A stretch of 33,721 nucleotides of DNA from Tubiluchus corallicola (lineage: Eukaryota; Animalia; Priapulida), in the NCBI GenBank assembly GCA_030141605.1, contig JAQGDQ010001587.1, positions 1-33,721 of the forward strand, written 5' to 3'. Made by a program: the position numbers and the translations under genes. How positions within the stretch are numbered: position 1 is the first letter of the stretch; the number at the start of each line of letters is the position of its first letter. Positions 11,604 to 23,443 of the stretch are shown here, in pieces. The notes below the pieces were generated by a model. The model searched no databases. It was not told the origin of the DNA and worked only from the letters and a program-made list of their open reading frames with translations.

Positions 11604-11741
11604 ATGATGATGATGATAATGATGGTGATGATGATGATGATGATGATAATGATGATGATGACGACGACAACGACGACGACGACGACGATGATGATGATGG
11701 TGATGGTGATGATAATGATGATGACGACGACGATGATGATG
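11604..11741. repeat. (GAT/GAC)n microsatellite
   Basis: Read directly from the sequence. Confidence 0.97.
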
Positions 11742-12174
11742 AGTTTTGTTTGAATTGTAATATTGAGGTAATCTGCATAAGTGCTTTGCAGGTTGCCTAG
11801 CCATATTGAGAAACGATTACAAATGCGTAAAACCGTCCAGATCAAGTGAGAACGTCGTGGATAAAAGCAGGTTCACCTGTTGCGATAACAACTTCTTATA
11901 TTGTACTAAGGCGTATCGCAACTTACGTCGAACGTTACGTTACGTTACGTAATGACAATGAACAATGGCAACGACATCGACAACGACAGCGACAGCCTCA
12001 TCATCGATGTGCACGGCAAGAGAGGTCCACAATGTTCAATAACTGTTATGATGGCTGCTGCATTAATGGCTTCATCTGTCTTCTGATGTTTTGTAATCTA
12101 CACATCGCATTTGCTGCAGAACGCACCGAAGATGAACTGCTGTTCTCCGAAACGATTTTAATGTTTACATCATC

Positions 12175-12930
12175 TAAACAAACAAACAAACAAATAAAGA
12201 AAGAAAGATAAGAAGAAAGAAAGAAAGAATGAATGAATGAATGAATGCTTGAATAAATGAATGAGTGAATGAATGAATGAATGAAGGAGTGAGTGAGTGA
12301 GTGAATGAATGAATGAATGAATGAATGAATGAATGAATGAATGAATGAATGAATGAATGAATGAATGAATGAATGAATGAATGAATGAATGAATGAATGA
12401 ATGGATGAGTGAATGAATGAATGAATAAATGAATGAATGAATGAATGAGTGAATGAATGAATGAATGAATGAATGATTGAATGAATGAATGAATGAATGA
12501 ATGAATGAATGAATGAATGAATGAATGAATGAATGAACGAATGAATGAATGAATGAATGAATGAATGAACGAATGAACGAATGAACGAATGAACGAATGA
12601 ATGAATGAACGAATGAATGAATGAATGAATGAATGAATGAATGAATGGATGAATGAATGAATGAATGAATGAATGAATGAATGAATGAATGAATGAATGA
12701 ATGAATGAATGAATGAATGAATGAATGAATGAGTGAATGAATGAATGAATGAATGAATGAATGAATGAATTAATGAATGAATGAATGATAAATGAATGAA
12801 TGAATGAGTGAATGAATGAATGAATAAATGAATGAAAGAGAATGAAGAAAAAGAGAGAGAGAGAAAATGAAGAGACAGACAGACAAACAAGCAGGCTGGC
12901 AGACAGACAGACAGACAGACAACACACACA
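12175..12930. repeat. Long (GAAT)n tetranucleotide microsatellite flanked by (AAAC)n, (AAAG)n, (GA)n and (GACA)n
   Basis: About 600 bp of gaat units at 12226-12834. Confidence 0.98.
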
Positions 12931-14005
12931 AGCGTACAAAGAAACCAGTAGTCAATTCACATTTAGAATTCACATGCAGAGAAAAACCTTTCAACACTAA
13001 CAGCGTCAGTTGGGAGCTAGGTCCCTCTGCTGAGGAACTTCATCTAACTTCAGACTGATTAACTGATGAGGAGGAATGATTAAAGTGTCAGCCAGAATTG
13101 ATGAAATGGCCAGAGAATCACCGACCTACTTATTTTAGGTCCATAGATTTGAACGATTCGCAAAGATCGCAGACTGTGTACAATAACTGGGTCAGCAGCA
13201 CTAGAAAAAACAAGAATTGGTAAAACTGTGATGCTCATGCAGCTCGATTACGGACTGTGAGGGTTTTTTGCGCCTCAAACCGCCTACTGAGTACTTAAAA
13301 TGTATGTTTTTCTGCTTGCGCAATGGAAAAAACTCAAAAACTTAATATTCCGGCTTTGAAGCCGGCACCTCAAACAGTACGTAATAGCCTACATAACTCC
13401 AACAGACATTGTTTTGGAGTTATACAGAAGTTTTTTTAACACATTATTATTATTATGATTGCACGAAGAATTCATAGTTTTTATTAAACAATAGAAACTT
13501 CTAAATTACTTACTTTTAGTTATATTATTGTGAGCCTATTGTTAGTGTAACACAAACCAATTGTTAAAGGACTTTATAACAAATTTTAAATGCGTCACAT
13601 ATTCAAGTACTGCGGTAATACAACATTCGTGAACTGATTTCCACCGTTTTTGGTTTTTGGCATTTTTAAAACATGTTTTTTGAGCTGGACAGCACCATAT
13701 TCACACAACCTTTTTCAGGCGAATTTCGAACGCGTGCGTTGCCGCAAAGTTCGCCATGTTTCGCGTCTTTGGCGCGAGTGAACGAGAATGACGTACGAGG
13801 TACAGAAAGCGTCTTTGGTTACCGATCTTTGGTGACCTCGTGACTGCACTCATGACGTCATTCGTCTCGCGCAACGAAAAATGGCGGCTCTTCAAATTTA
13901 GTACCGCTAACGAAGTGATAAAAAATCAAATGAAACAAGTTTTACGGAAAGTTTATAATAAAATTAATTGAATATTGGTAAGGAGAGTTGGATTTTAAGT
14001 TGTAA

Positions 14006-14312
14006 AAGCTTATATTATAGTGAGGTTTAGTTTAAAGGAAAACCGGACGATTGTTTAGACTCAATCTCATTTTAATTTTCTGTCCAAAATATACATTGCC
14101 TTGCCTATAAAAGTTAACAATATTGTTTCTTATAATTGAATAATTAGCTTAGAAAGTTAATTAAGGGCAACAGAACACAGCTATTGCTTACGTCAGAAAC
14201 TAACCACAGTTTGTGCAATGGTAGGCATTTTCCCTTGCGCGTCAACCACATTTGCATAACTGTTACTGTTTAAACACATGATGTCACGAAAAATGGGCGT
14301 TACATCATATGA
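14006..14312 (+). repeat. Left arm of a ~300-bp diverged inverted repeat (partner 16248-16534)
   Basis: For example gctattgcttacgtcagaaactaaccacagtttgtgcaatgg is the reverse complement of ccattgcacaaactgtggttagtttctgacgtaagcaatagc. Confidence 0.9.
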
Positions 14313-14901
14313 CATCAAAAACTAACACTGCAGTTCATGATCATGGTTATCACGGTACGGCCTTCTATTTGTCGGCCACGCGAATGTGACAAAAAGGCGC
14401 CGCTGCCAATCTTTGTAGATTCACGTAGCTTTGAAAGTTTAACGAAATTTAAGTATCCGAGGTAATTATTGCTTAATCCAAGCTTTGATTTAAAATAGGC
14501 TATTGTAGTTTTCAATATTTTAGAGCATTCTTTATTCTGAACTCGTGTTTACACAATCTTGCGGTTTTCCTGTAATCTATGAACTGGATCCGCGACTACC
14601 ACGTGTCCGCAAGCAGGGCGGATCGTAAAACTGGCAAAAATGCGGATCCAGGTCTGCGAATCCTCGAGCCGCAAATCTCTGTTAACTCACACAAGAGTGG
14701 TAGCCAGAAATGCAAACAAACTTGTCAAAAGTTTTTTAACAAGCTCCTGTATCAGCCATCTTAATTTGATCCTGTCAGCGCGTGTGCCGCAAGTTGTTGA
14801 CTGTTGGCCGCGTTTAAATAAACAAGGTCGAGTGTTGAAACTCTAGACACTCTGCCAAGATTCAACAAATATAAACTGTATCTAGAGCGCTGCTAATTTG
14901 T

Positions 14902-15270
14902 TGTTGTGGAGATCGCTGGCATCTATTAGAATTACATAGAACATTGTAGAATGTTCCGTAAGAATAATCGTCTTACCGTGTAGAATGTTCTAGAAAGAAA
15001 CGTCTAGAATGTTCCCTGGCACCCTATATAAGGCGAAGCAGGCCGCTGAGATGGACACACGCAGATTCACACGGACGTCACTTACACATTCTCTTGTATA
15101 CTTGTATTTTCAGATACACTTAAACGTTTTCAAGATTTTCACATTTTCTGTAAACATTTCGCGTTCCTTCATACTTTTGTGTTGTAGAATTCTGGCTTAA
15201 TAAACTAGTTTAATTTGAAAATGTTTTCTGGTTTTCTCTACGAGCCTTCCGAGAGAAACAAAACACAACA
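14902..15270 (+). mobile_element. Solo LTR
   Basis: Ends TGTTGTG...CACAACA (7-bp inverted termini); internal repeated tagaatgttc motifs, TATATAA at ~15025, AATAAA at ~15199; flanks TTTGT/TTTGG (4/5 match, candidate 5-bp TSD). Confidence 0.75.
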
Positions 15271-15299
15271 TTTGGAGCCAATGAATTCATTTTCAAGAG

Positions 15300-15974
15300 A
15301 CAGCTATAACAAACTGACTAGTAAAATGATGCATTAAGATTAGTCTCTGGCTATTCAAATAAAACGCCCCTCATAACTAATCAAACCTCTGCAACAGAAT
15401 TAAGAACAATGTTTGAAATCTCAATTTTACAAGCACATAAAGACTTCTACACAATCTTGTTTTTATATAAATACATCAACAATATTAACACACCCTTCAT
15501 CAAAAATAAGCTTCCACTCCTCTTGGAAGCAACATTAAATCCAAGAACACACAATATTAAACAAACACGCACTAATAACAAATACGGTAACAATTCTATC
15601 ACTAAACAAGGAGTTCAACTTTGGAATACCCTGCCATCAAATTTAAAACAAATCGAGTCTTTCGACGAATTCAAATCAAAATTAAAAATACATACATTAA
15701 ATCGTATTGAAAACCCTACATACGTAAACGATAATATATATTCATTTTATTTACCCACGTCCATTTTAAATTATATGTATATATTGTATATAGTCTATTA
15801 TAATTTGCGTGTAACACTATAATGTATATTTTGTTTTAAATTTTTGGCTCAGTAGTTTTTAGTTTGCACTGGACGCATTTGCCTTTAACAGTTGTGTGAA
15901 TTTTATTCTCATGCTGCGATGTTCTTTTATGCTTTTATAGTTATGAATATCGATTTTTTATGGCAGACAAAGAT

Positions 15975-16004
<30 letters not shown>
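15300..16004 (+). mobile_element. 5'-truncated CR1/L2-group LINE (ORF2 C-terminus, 3' UTR, (TA)n end)
   Basis: ORF 15409..15822 contains TRTNNKYGNNSITKQGVQLWNTLPSNLKQIESFDEFKSKLK, a typical ORF2 C-terminal motif. Confidence 0.8.
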
Positions 16005-16005
<1 letters not shown>

Positions 16006-16247
16006 GCCATAATTAGAATCTACCATTTTGTAAAGCTCTCTAGCCGTAATTAACACGAATAGATAAGAGCGTCTTGAAGTTTTTTTGAAAGGGAGACGCC
16101 GTGCAAAGAGATGTCTAAAAGAGGAGGTCTGTCTGGTCTGTGATCTCGTGTTACAGCACATTCTAACTGCGCATCGTTTACGTTCCTAAAATCAGTTTCT
16201 GCTTGCCAAGTAATCGAAAATGCAGCTTTGACCTACCATGCAGAATT

Positions 16248-16534
16248 TCATGTGATGTAAAGCCCATTTTCGTGACATCACGCGTTTAAGCAGTACTGTA
16301 ACATAAAGGAAGATGTCTGCCATTGCACAAACTGTGGTTAGTTTCTGACGTAAGCAATAGCTGTGTTCGGTCGCCGTTAATTAACTTTCTAAGTTAATTA
16401 TTCAAATATAAGGAACAATTGCTAACTTTTATAGGCAAGACAATGTGTATTTTGGACAGAAAATTAAAATGAGATTGAGTCTAAACAATCGTCCGGTCTT
16501 CTTTTAAACTAAACTCTCATTATAATATAAGCTT
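16248..16534 (-). repeat. Right arm of the inverted repeat (partner 14006-14312)
   Basis: Reverse-complement match with substitutions and one short indel. Confidence 0.9.
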
Positions 16535-16656
16535 CACTGGCTTCACTGGCTTCTTCACCTGCATCTCAGAATACTCAAGTAACAATTTTGGACATCCAGG
16601 GTTAACTGGGTTGCTGAAGATTTTTTGACAAAAATGTGATCCCGCAAAACAGCAAA

Positions 16657-16724
16657 AGGGAGATAGGGAGGGGAGAGAGAGAGAGAGTCAGGGAGAGAGA
16701 GAGAGAGAGGGGGGAGGGAGAGAG

Positions 16725-16773
<49 letters not shown>

Positions 16774-16783
16774 AGGGAGAGAG

Positions 16784-16876
<93 letters not shown>

Positions 16877-16949
16877 GAGAGGGAGAGAGAGAGAGACAGA
16901 GAGAGAGAGCGAGGGAGAGGGAGAGAGAGAAAGAGAGAGGAAGACAGAA

Positions 16950-17036
<87 letters not shown>

Positions 17037-17115
17037 GAGAGGGAGAGGGAGAGAGACAGAGACAGAGAGAGAGAGCGAGGGAGAGGGAGAGAGAGAAAGA
17101 GAGAGGAAGACAGAA

Positions 17116-17173
<58 letters not shown>
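16657..17173. repeat. (GA)n purine-rich microsatellite
   Basis: Read directly from the sequence. Confidence 0.98.
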
Positions 17174-17177
<4 letters not shown>

Positions 17178-17616
17178 ATTATTTAATAAGGGTGAGTTCT
17201 CTGATTCTGGCAGGAAGAAGTTCATTGCTATGGTAACGGAGTAAGGTAAATTGTTTGAACTCGATCCATCCATTTCAAAGCAAATAATTGCTTGAAGCCG
17301 TGCTGCAGAAATAGCTACGCGGCTGTAAAGGAACCGCTCGTCGCGCATGTTTATAATTCGCGTTGCATGCAGACTTCACGTGTTACGGTCCACTAGACAT
17401 CGACAAAACCACTTAAATCAGTAAGAATTCTCCACGAGAAAGATTTCAGACGCCAAACGGTAACTAAAACGTATTTATGGAAATTCTTGATCGCAACGGA
17501 AATTCTCTGCAGTCAGTAAGCTGCGTAATCACAGCTTTTTGTTCCCAAGTAACGAACTAACCGAAAACAATTTAGACTGACGGAGTATATATATATATAT
17601 TGTATATTCTATAATC

Positions 17617-17837
17617 TATATATTGTATATAGTCTATTATAATTTCCGCGTAATGTTATAATGTATATCTTGCTTTAAATTTTTGGCACAGTAGTTTTTA
17701 GTTTGCATTGGACGCATTTGCCTTTAACAATTGTGTGAATTTTATTCTCATGCTGCGATGTTCTTTTATGCTTTTATAGTTATGAATATCGATTTTTCAA
17801 TGGCAAATGAAGATTAGTATATATATATATATATATA
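17617..17837 (+). mobile_element. Second short copy of the LINE 3' UTR at 15779-16004
   Basis: tatattgtatatagtctattataattt...tcatgctgcgatgttcttttatgcttttatagttatgaatatcgatttt...agatta(TA)n is shared. Confidence 0.85.
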
Positions 17838-18192
17838 GGATTGATGTCTGTTTTTGCTTTTGCTTTCCTAGGACATCAGTTTCGTTAAAAATCCACTAAA
17901 TTATTTTAGTAAAATTAGATTTTTTTAGGAATCCAGGGGCAACAGTAGCATATGTGAAACCGATGGTGCCATTGCTACTGCAGTCCTTTCTTGCTTTTAT
18001 AAAATGTATTTTTCTCAGTATAAGATTTGTTTACACATTTAGTAACACAATTTTAAACTTTTATTAGAACACTCCGTTTCGTCTCATCTTGTAGGGTGAT
18101 AAATTGTGCAATTTGTCCTTGTTATATTGATGAAACTTCAGATCAAATTTATCACATACCAATCGGCTTATTCAAGCACTAACCAATGTGTA

Positions 18193-18258
18193 TCAAATCA
18201 CGTTGAAAACACCGGTTCTCGTCTGATCACCGAAGTTAAGCAACGTAGAGCCTGGTTT

Positions 18259-18289
<31 letters not shown>

Positions 18290-18731
18290 GGGTGCTGTAG
18301 GCTTGCGGGATGCCCACGCTGTATCTCGACACTAGGCGGAGGAGTTGCACAAGCGGCCAACGGCTAGAGGGCGGAGGAGGTCAAGTGACCCAACGGCCAT
18401 GTGTAGAGGAGTAAACCTTCCAAATCAGGAGTGGAGCTCCGAAGGTAGACCAGTGCAGCATGCTCACTGACTCCGGCAGCTCCTGCAGCCAACCTGGTGC
18501 CAAACTTATCGCTCCGCTTTCCTTTGGACTACACCAGGGAGGAAGAGAGGGGGTTCCTGTTGTCTGGGCAACTCAGGATCTCCATACACCTTGCCCAGGC
18601 GTGAACCACTCCAGTGGTTCAAGGATCGGATTGCTCAGCCACAGTCGAATCTGCAGCTCCATCAATGTGATCAATAACTGACTCTGTCGGCGCACACTCC
18701 ATTGTCTTCCGAGACAGAAGGATGCCAACAA
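18193..18731 (+). mobile_element. 5S rRNA-derived SINE (SINE3 type) with structured body and RTE-type LINE 3' end; complete insertion with TSD
   Basis: 5S-like head at 18194-18304 (lacks the first ~9 nt); no T4 terminator; 3' part encodes SRIGLLSHSRIC and ends ccattgtcttccgagacagaaggatgccaacaa; 9-bp TSD CAATGTGTA at 18184-18192 and 18732-18740. Confidence 0.9.
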
Positions 18732-18939
18732 CAATGTGTAATTTTCAGTTAAATGTAGGTAACAAGTTTGATTTTTTGAAAGGATAAAAATGACAAAGAT
18801 GTTAACATCAAATCATCTCCATTTTGTTGTGTTACAGTTATGATCTTGAATACCTAGTGCTCACTATTAATAACAGCTGAATTACATGCTAATTAACGTT
18901 GCAAATTCGACCTGCATCAGTACAACGCTTAATAATTAG

Positions 18940-18963
18940 TCAGCTTCGTTTGCGGCCCAGTGA
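18940..18963 (-). CDS. Candidate terminal coding exon (SLGRKRS*) of a putative peptide precursor
   Basis: Acceptor tttattacag| with upstream gctaac branch-like motif; in phase with the donor ATG|GTACGT at 19074; 111-nt intron. Confidence 0.3.
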   Translation of the reverse strand, partial: SLGRKRS

Positions 18964-19074
18964 CTGTAATAAACGATGTATCAATCATTCCGCAAGTTAG
19001 CGTCAACATATTTACACTGGCTGGCTTCATTTCATACTCTGTGGTTTTATGAGCACAGCATAACTAACACGTAC

Positions 19075-19230
19075 CATGAACAAGTTGTCATAATTGGCAA
19101 CAGCTGCTGCTTGTCTGGCTTCAGTGGCGTTCCGTGGTTTCAGGGCCACAAGATTTTTAACAATGTGATAAATAAAAGAGTTATTTCTGTACACTGCATG
19201 CACCTTTGCAGCGACAGACTTTTGGAACTT
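19075..19230 (-). CDS. Candidate exon of a putative secreted peptide precursor
   Basis: Acceptor aacgcag| at 19231, donor |GTACGT at 19074. One frame reads (K)VPKVCRCKGACSVQK*; another is fully open (...YRNNSFIYHIVKNLVALKPRNATEARQAAAVANYDNLFM). Confidence 0.35.
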
Positions 19231-19450
19231 CTGCGTTGGGACATTATAATGATGTAAACATGGTACTTTATGTTTTTACGTGATTACTCCAATTTTCCTA
19301 CCAATCTACAGTGTACTACTGTGACAATTACAATTGCATTTACGATTCAATGTTGATGTTTTTCAAAAACAAAGAAATTTCTTGACACTGTTGTAAACGA
19401 GCACTGTGCTCAGTGATATTTATCCTTAAAATTTTTTACATAATACTAAT

Positions 19451-20097
<647 letters not shown>

Positions 20098-20159
20098 AAA
20101 AACAATAAGGTCTAAAGAAAATCTATTAGAAATACTCAATCGGTCATCAATGTACGTAC

Positions 20160-20218
20160 TACGCCTACTGAAGCCAACACATTCATTGCTGCAACATTGG
20201 AACGATGTTTGATTTGCA
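20160..20218 (-). CDS. Candidate internal exon (ANQTSFQCCSNECVGFSRR)
   Basis: Acceptor tttccagctgtttacacag| (alternative AG 12 nt upstream), donor A|GTACGT; phases 2/1 fit the neighbouring candidate exons. Confidence 0.35.
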
Positions 20219-20524
20219 CTGTGTAAACAGCTGGAAACGTTATCTATAACTTCCGTGTAAACAGACATTTAATGAAGATTGTAATTAGGTCTCTGTCATG
20301 TTTAATACGCGCTCATAAAATCTCACAATTAACTGACCACTTTGTAGTTATGAACGCCAGTTCACATTACGATCAATATTTGGCCTCTTTTCATAGAAAG
20401 GGTTGCCTAATTAGTGAATTTCGGTCAAACTCTTTGTAATTGGCCACATCCCTCTATATTTATAACTTTGCTTGACACTGAGTTGCACATTGTACGTGTA
20501 GAAGGGTAGTGCTGAGAAATGAGC

Positions 20525-20897
20525 ACTAGTGTGTTGACGGTGCTGCTGCTGCCACCGCTATCATTGGCGTCACTGCTGCCACAGTCACTGCTGTCACTGC
20601 CACCGCCACTGTTGCAGCGTTATTACTTATAAGCATTGCTGTTCAGCTTGTTGTTGTCGTTGTGAATTGTTACTAGTGTGTTGACATCACTGCTGTCACT
20701 TCCACCGCTATCATTGGCGTCACTGCTGCCACAGTCACTGCTGTCACTGCCACCGCCACTGCTACAGCGTTATTACTTATAAGCATTGCTGCTTTGCTTG
20801 TTGTTGTCGTTGTGAATTGTTCCTAGTGTGTTGATGGTGCTGCTGCTGCCACCGCTATCATTGGCGTCACTGCTGTCACTGCCACCGCCACTGCTGC
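20525..20897. repeat. ~148-bp tandem repeat, ~2.5 copies, with internal cactgctg subrepeats
   Basis: ctagtgtgttga starts at 20526, 20673 and 20823. Confidence 0.9.
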
Positions 20898-22349
20898 TCT
20901 GGGTGGGACAGTGGGCGATGAAGGGTTTACTGTTTATTGTTTATTTTATTTCACGTCAACACAAATACACAATTAATACATTAAAAGAAACAAAAAGTTA
21001 TCAATAATTCAATGAATAACAAACAGCAAGATACATTATAGGAAGTAAATTTTGGAAAAAATGATTTATGTCTTTAGACATAGGTCAATCTATGATAAGC
21101 AAAGATAGTGATATTGCTACTTCCTTTAATACTGGTGTCTAAACAACGTCATGTACAGCATCATTACAAATATGCTAACTTGACTCTCAAAACACTGTGC
21201 AGTTGAAAGATAAACAAGAGAATTATCGCTGTTGTATTTGCTCAGTAAATTCGTATACAGTTTACTTTGAGCACATAACTAGTTTAGATATATCATAGTT
21301 TAGGTTTGCTATATATACAAATGTAAATGTGTTGCGGGCAATCAAAAAGCGGGGCTTTGTCCCACACTGTGAAAGAAAAAAAGGAATGAAAATAATCTAA
21401 AAATTTGAAGTGAATCGTATGATAAGGAAAACATTAGTGCTACAGAACGGAATGATGTAATGAATGAAGCTCATATATGAGATGATATAAAAGATAGATA
21501 GATAGTTAAGATAAAATGATAGACAAAGATAGAGAAAAAGAGAATTGAAATGAAATAGAAAGGATGGCGGCGACAGTCATTATGGCGATGACGCTGGTAC
21601 TAACAGGACTGTATCCCATATTACTGAGCCAACAGAAACAGTGTGTTAACATCGTAACTTCCTAAAACGCTAGTAATAAAATAAATTAAAAGCTTGACGG
21701 CAGCCTGTAAAATACGCTCAGCTATTTTCATAAACCTCGAACACATGGAAAATGCGTTTCAGACATTTTGCACTCGCGAAATGCAGCCAGCAAATAAATT
21801 GAACCGTCAACCACATCTGCTGCTAAAGGGGAAGATTCCTGAAATCACCTGACGTCACAGACTTTAACAATCACTACAGTGCAAGAAACTTTACTTCACT
21901 GTACAAAACTCATGTTATGAAATCAACGGAAATAAATGCAAAATTACGTGAAAACTGTCCATATTTAGCAATTGATTTTCCGAATTATGGTTTTCTAAAA
22001 ATATCGATAACTGATCTGTCTGAGTTCGACTTTTTCTGTTCGAACGCAGCTTTAGATTTTTCGACATCATACTGGGAAGCAAAATTTACATTTTAATCGT
22101 GTTTAAATTTGAAAATTTAGTGCTCGAATAGAGTTGATCTAGGTTTAATTGATGCATCTGAATGGCCGTAGTAAATTCACACTTAGTTCGACCACTACGA
22201 GCGATCGTCCTTAGAAACTTTTTCTTCTCAGGTGTAACAAAACTGCAAGGCAAAACTCTTTCTTTGTTAGAATTATATCGCTTTGAAACACTCTTCTTTC
22301 TGATGTTGTCGTGGCTCACTCTTTAGCTTCCTTGGAACACTCTCTAAAA

Positions 22350-23136
22350 ACTGTTATTTCAATAATCATCACAAATGTCTTGGCTAGTTTAGAGGATGCT
22401 CTACGTAGTGCCAACTCGTTGTCCATATTCAAAAAAGTATGCCAACTCGTTGTCCATATTCAAAAAAGTATGCCAACTCGTTGTCCATATTCAAAAAAGT
22501 ATGTCAACTCGCTGTCCATATTCAAAAAAGTATGCCAACTCGTTGTCGATATTCAAAAAAGTATGCCAACTCGTTGTCCATATTCTAAGAAGTATGTCAA
22601 CTCGTTGTCCATATTCAAAAAGTATGTAAATTACATTTACTTGAAACATATAACTGATCACTCAATCATGATTTGTTGTTGTTTTTCATTTTCAAAAACT
22701 TCCCCTCTGGGATAATAATATTTTTATTGCTTCCCACCCGTATATATATCTGCAATGCATACCTCCATATAGTCTAAACAAGTGTTGCACCTCCATATAG
22801 TCTAATCAAGTGTTGCCTCCTCCACAAATGCTTAGCTAATGTGTTAAAGCATTTATCATTTCTCTGTACCGACCATCAGTTTACATCGTAATTATGAAAA
22901 TTTAATACTACTAACTCCCACTGTAAATCACACTAACCATTAATAATATATTGTAATTTTTTTCGTAACTAATTCTAGTGGCCTAGCATAAGCTAGCTTT
23001 TTACGTCTCTAGCGCAGAATTCATGAATTGTATCATAATTCTGTACTAACAAAAACTGATTATCGATGCACATGTAATGTATATGTATATGTTTATTGCG
23101 AAATAAATCTATTGAATTGAATTGAATTGAATTGAA
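22350..23136 (+). mobile_element. LINE 3' remnant with an internal 31-bp tandem repeat (22410-22626) and (ATTGA)n tail
   Basis: LASLEDALRSANSLSIFKKYV resembles an ORF2 C-terminus; ends aataaatct(attga)n. Duplicated at ~25905-26691. Confidence 0.6.
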
Positions 23137-23443
23137 TAGTATTCCCCTAAATTCCAGTGTATGTACATACAATTTGTAATTATTTCTTTTACAATAGTCA
23201 CAAACAATTTACATGGTTTATTTGTAATATTGATTTACAAATTTTCAACCAAGATGATCAATACTTTCATTGTACTAACCTGTCGGGTTCCTTAAGATTT
23301 TTTTATACCTTGTTAGCGCTGCTTTCAACTTTTTACAATTTATTTGTGCATCATCATCACTTGGTTAAAAGTTGAAATTCAATTCAATTCAACACTGGGC
23401 TTTTTTCATTTATTTATTTGTACCTCAAGAAGTTTTAGTTTAA

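Noticed and set aside
13055-13115. Hammerhead ribozyme core (CTGATGAG...GAAA)
   Set aside because: No supporting stems found around the core motifs.
12940-13330. Possible decayed coding sequence
   Set aside because: Multiple stops in the frames I read and no recognisable motif.
20525-20897. Coding potential of the ~148-bp repeat (Gly/Ser/Asp-rich reading)
   Set aside because: In-frame stops recur in each unit and unit lengths vary.
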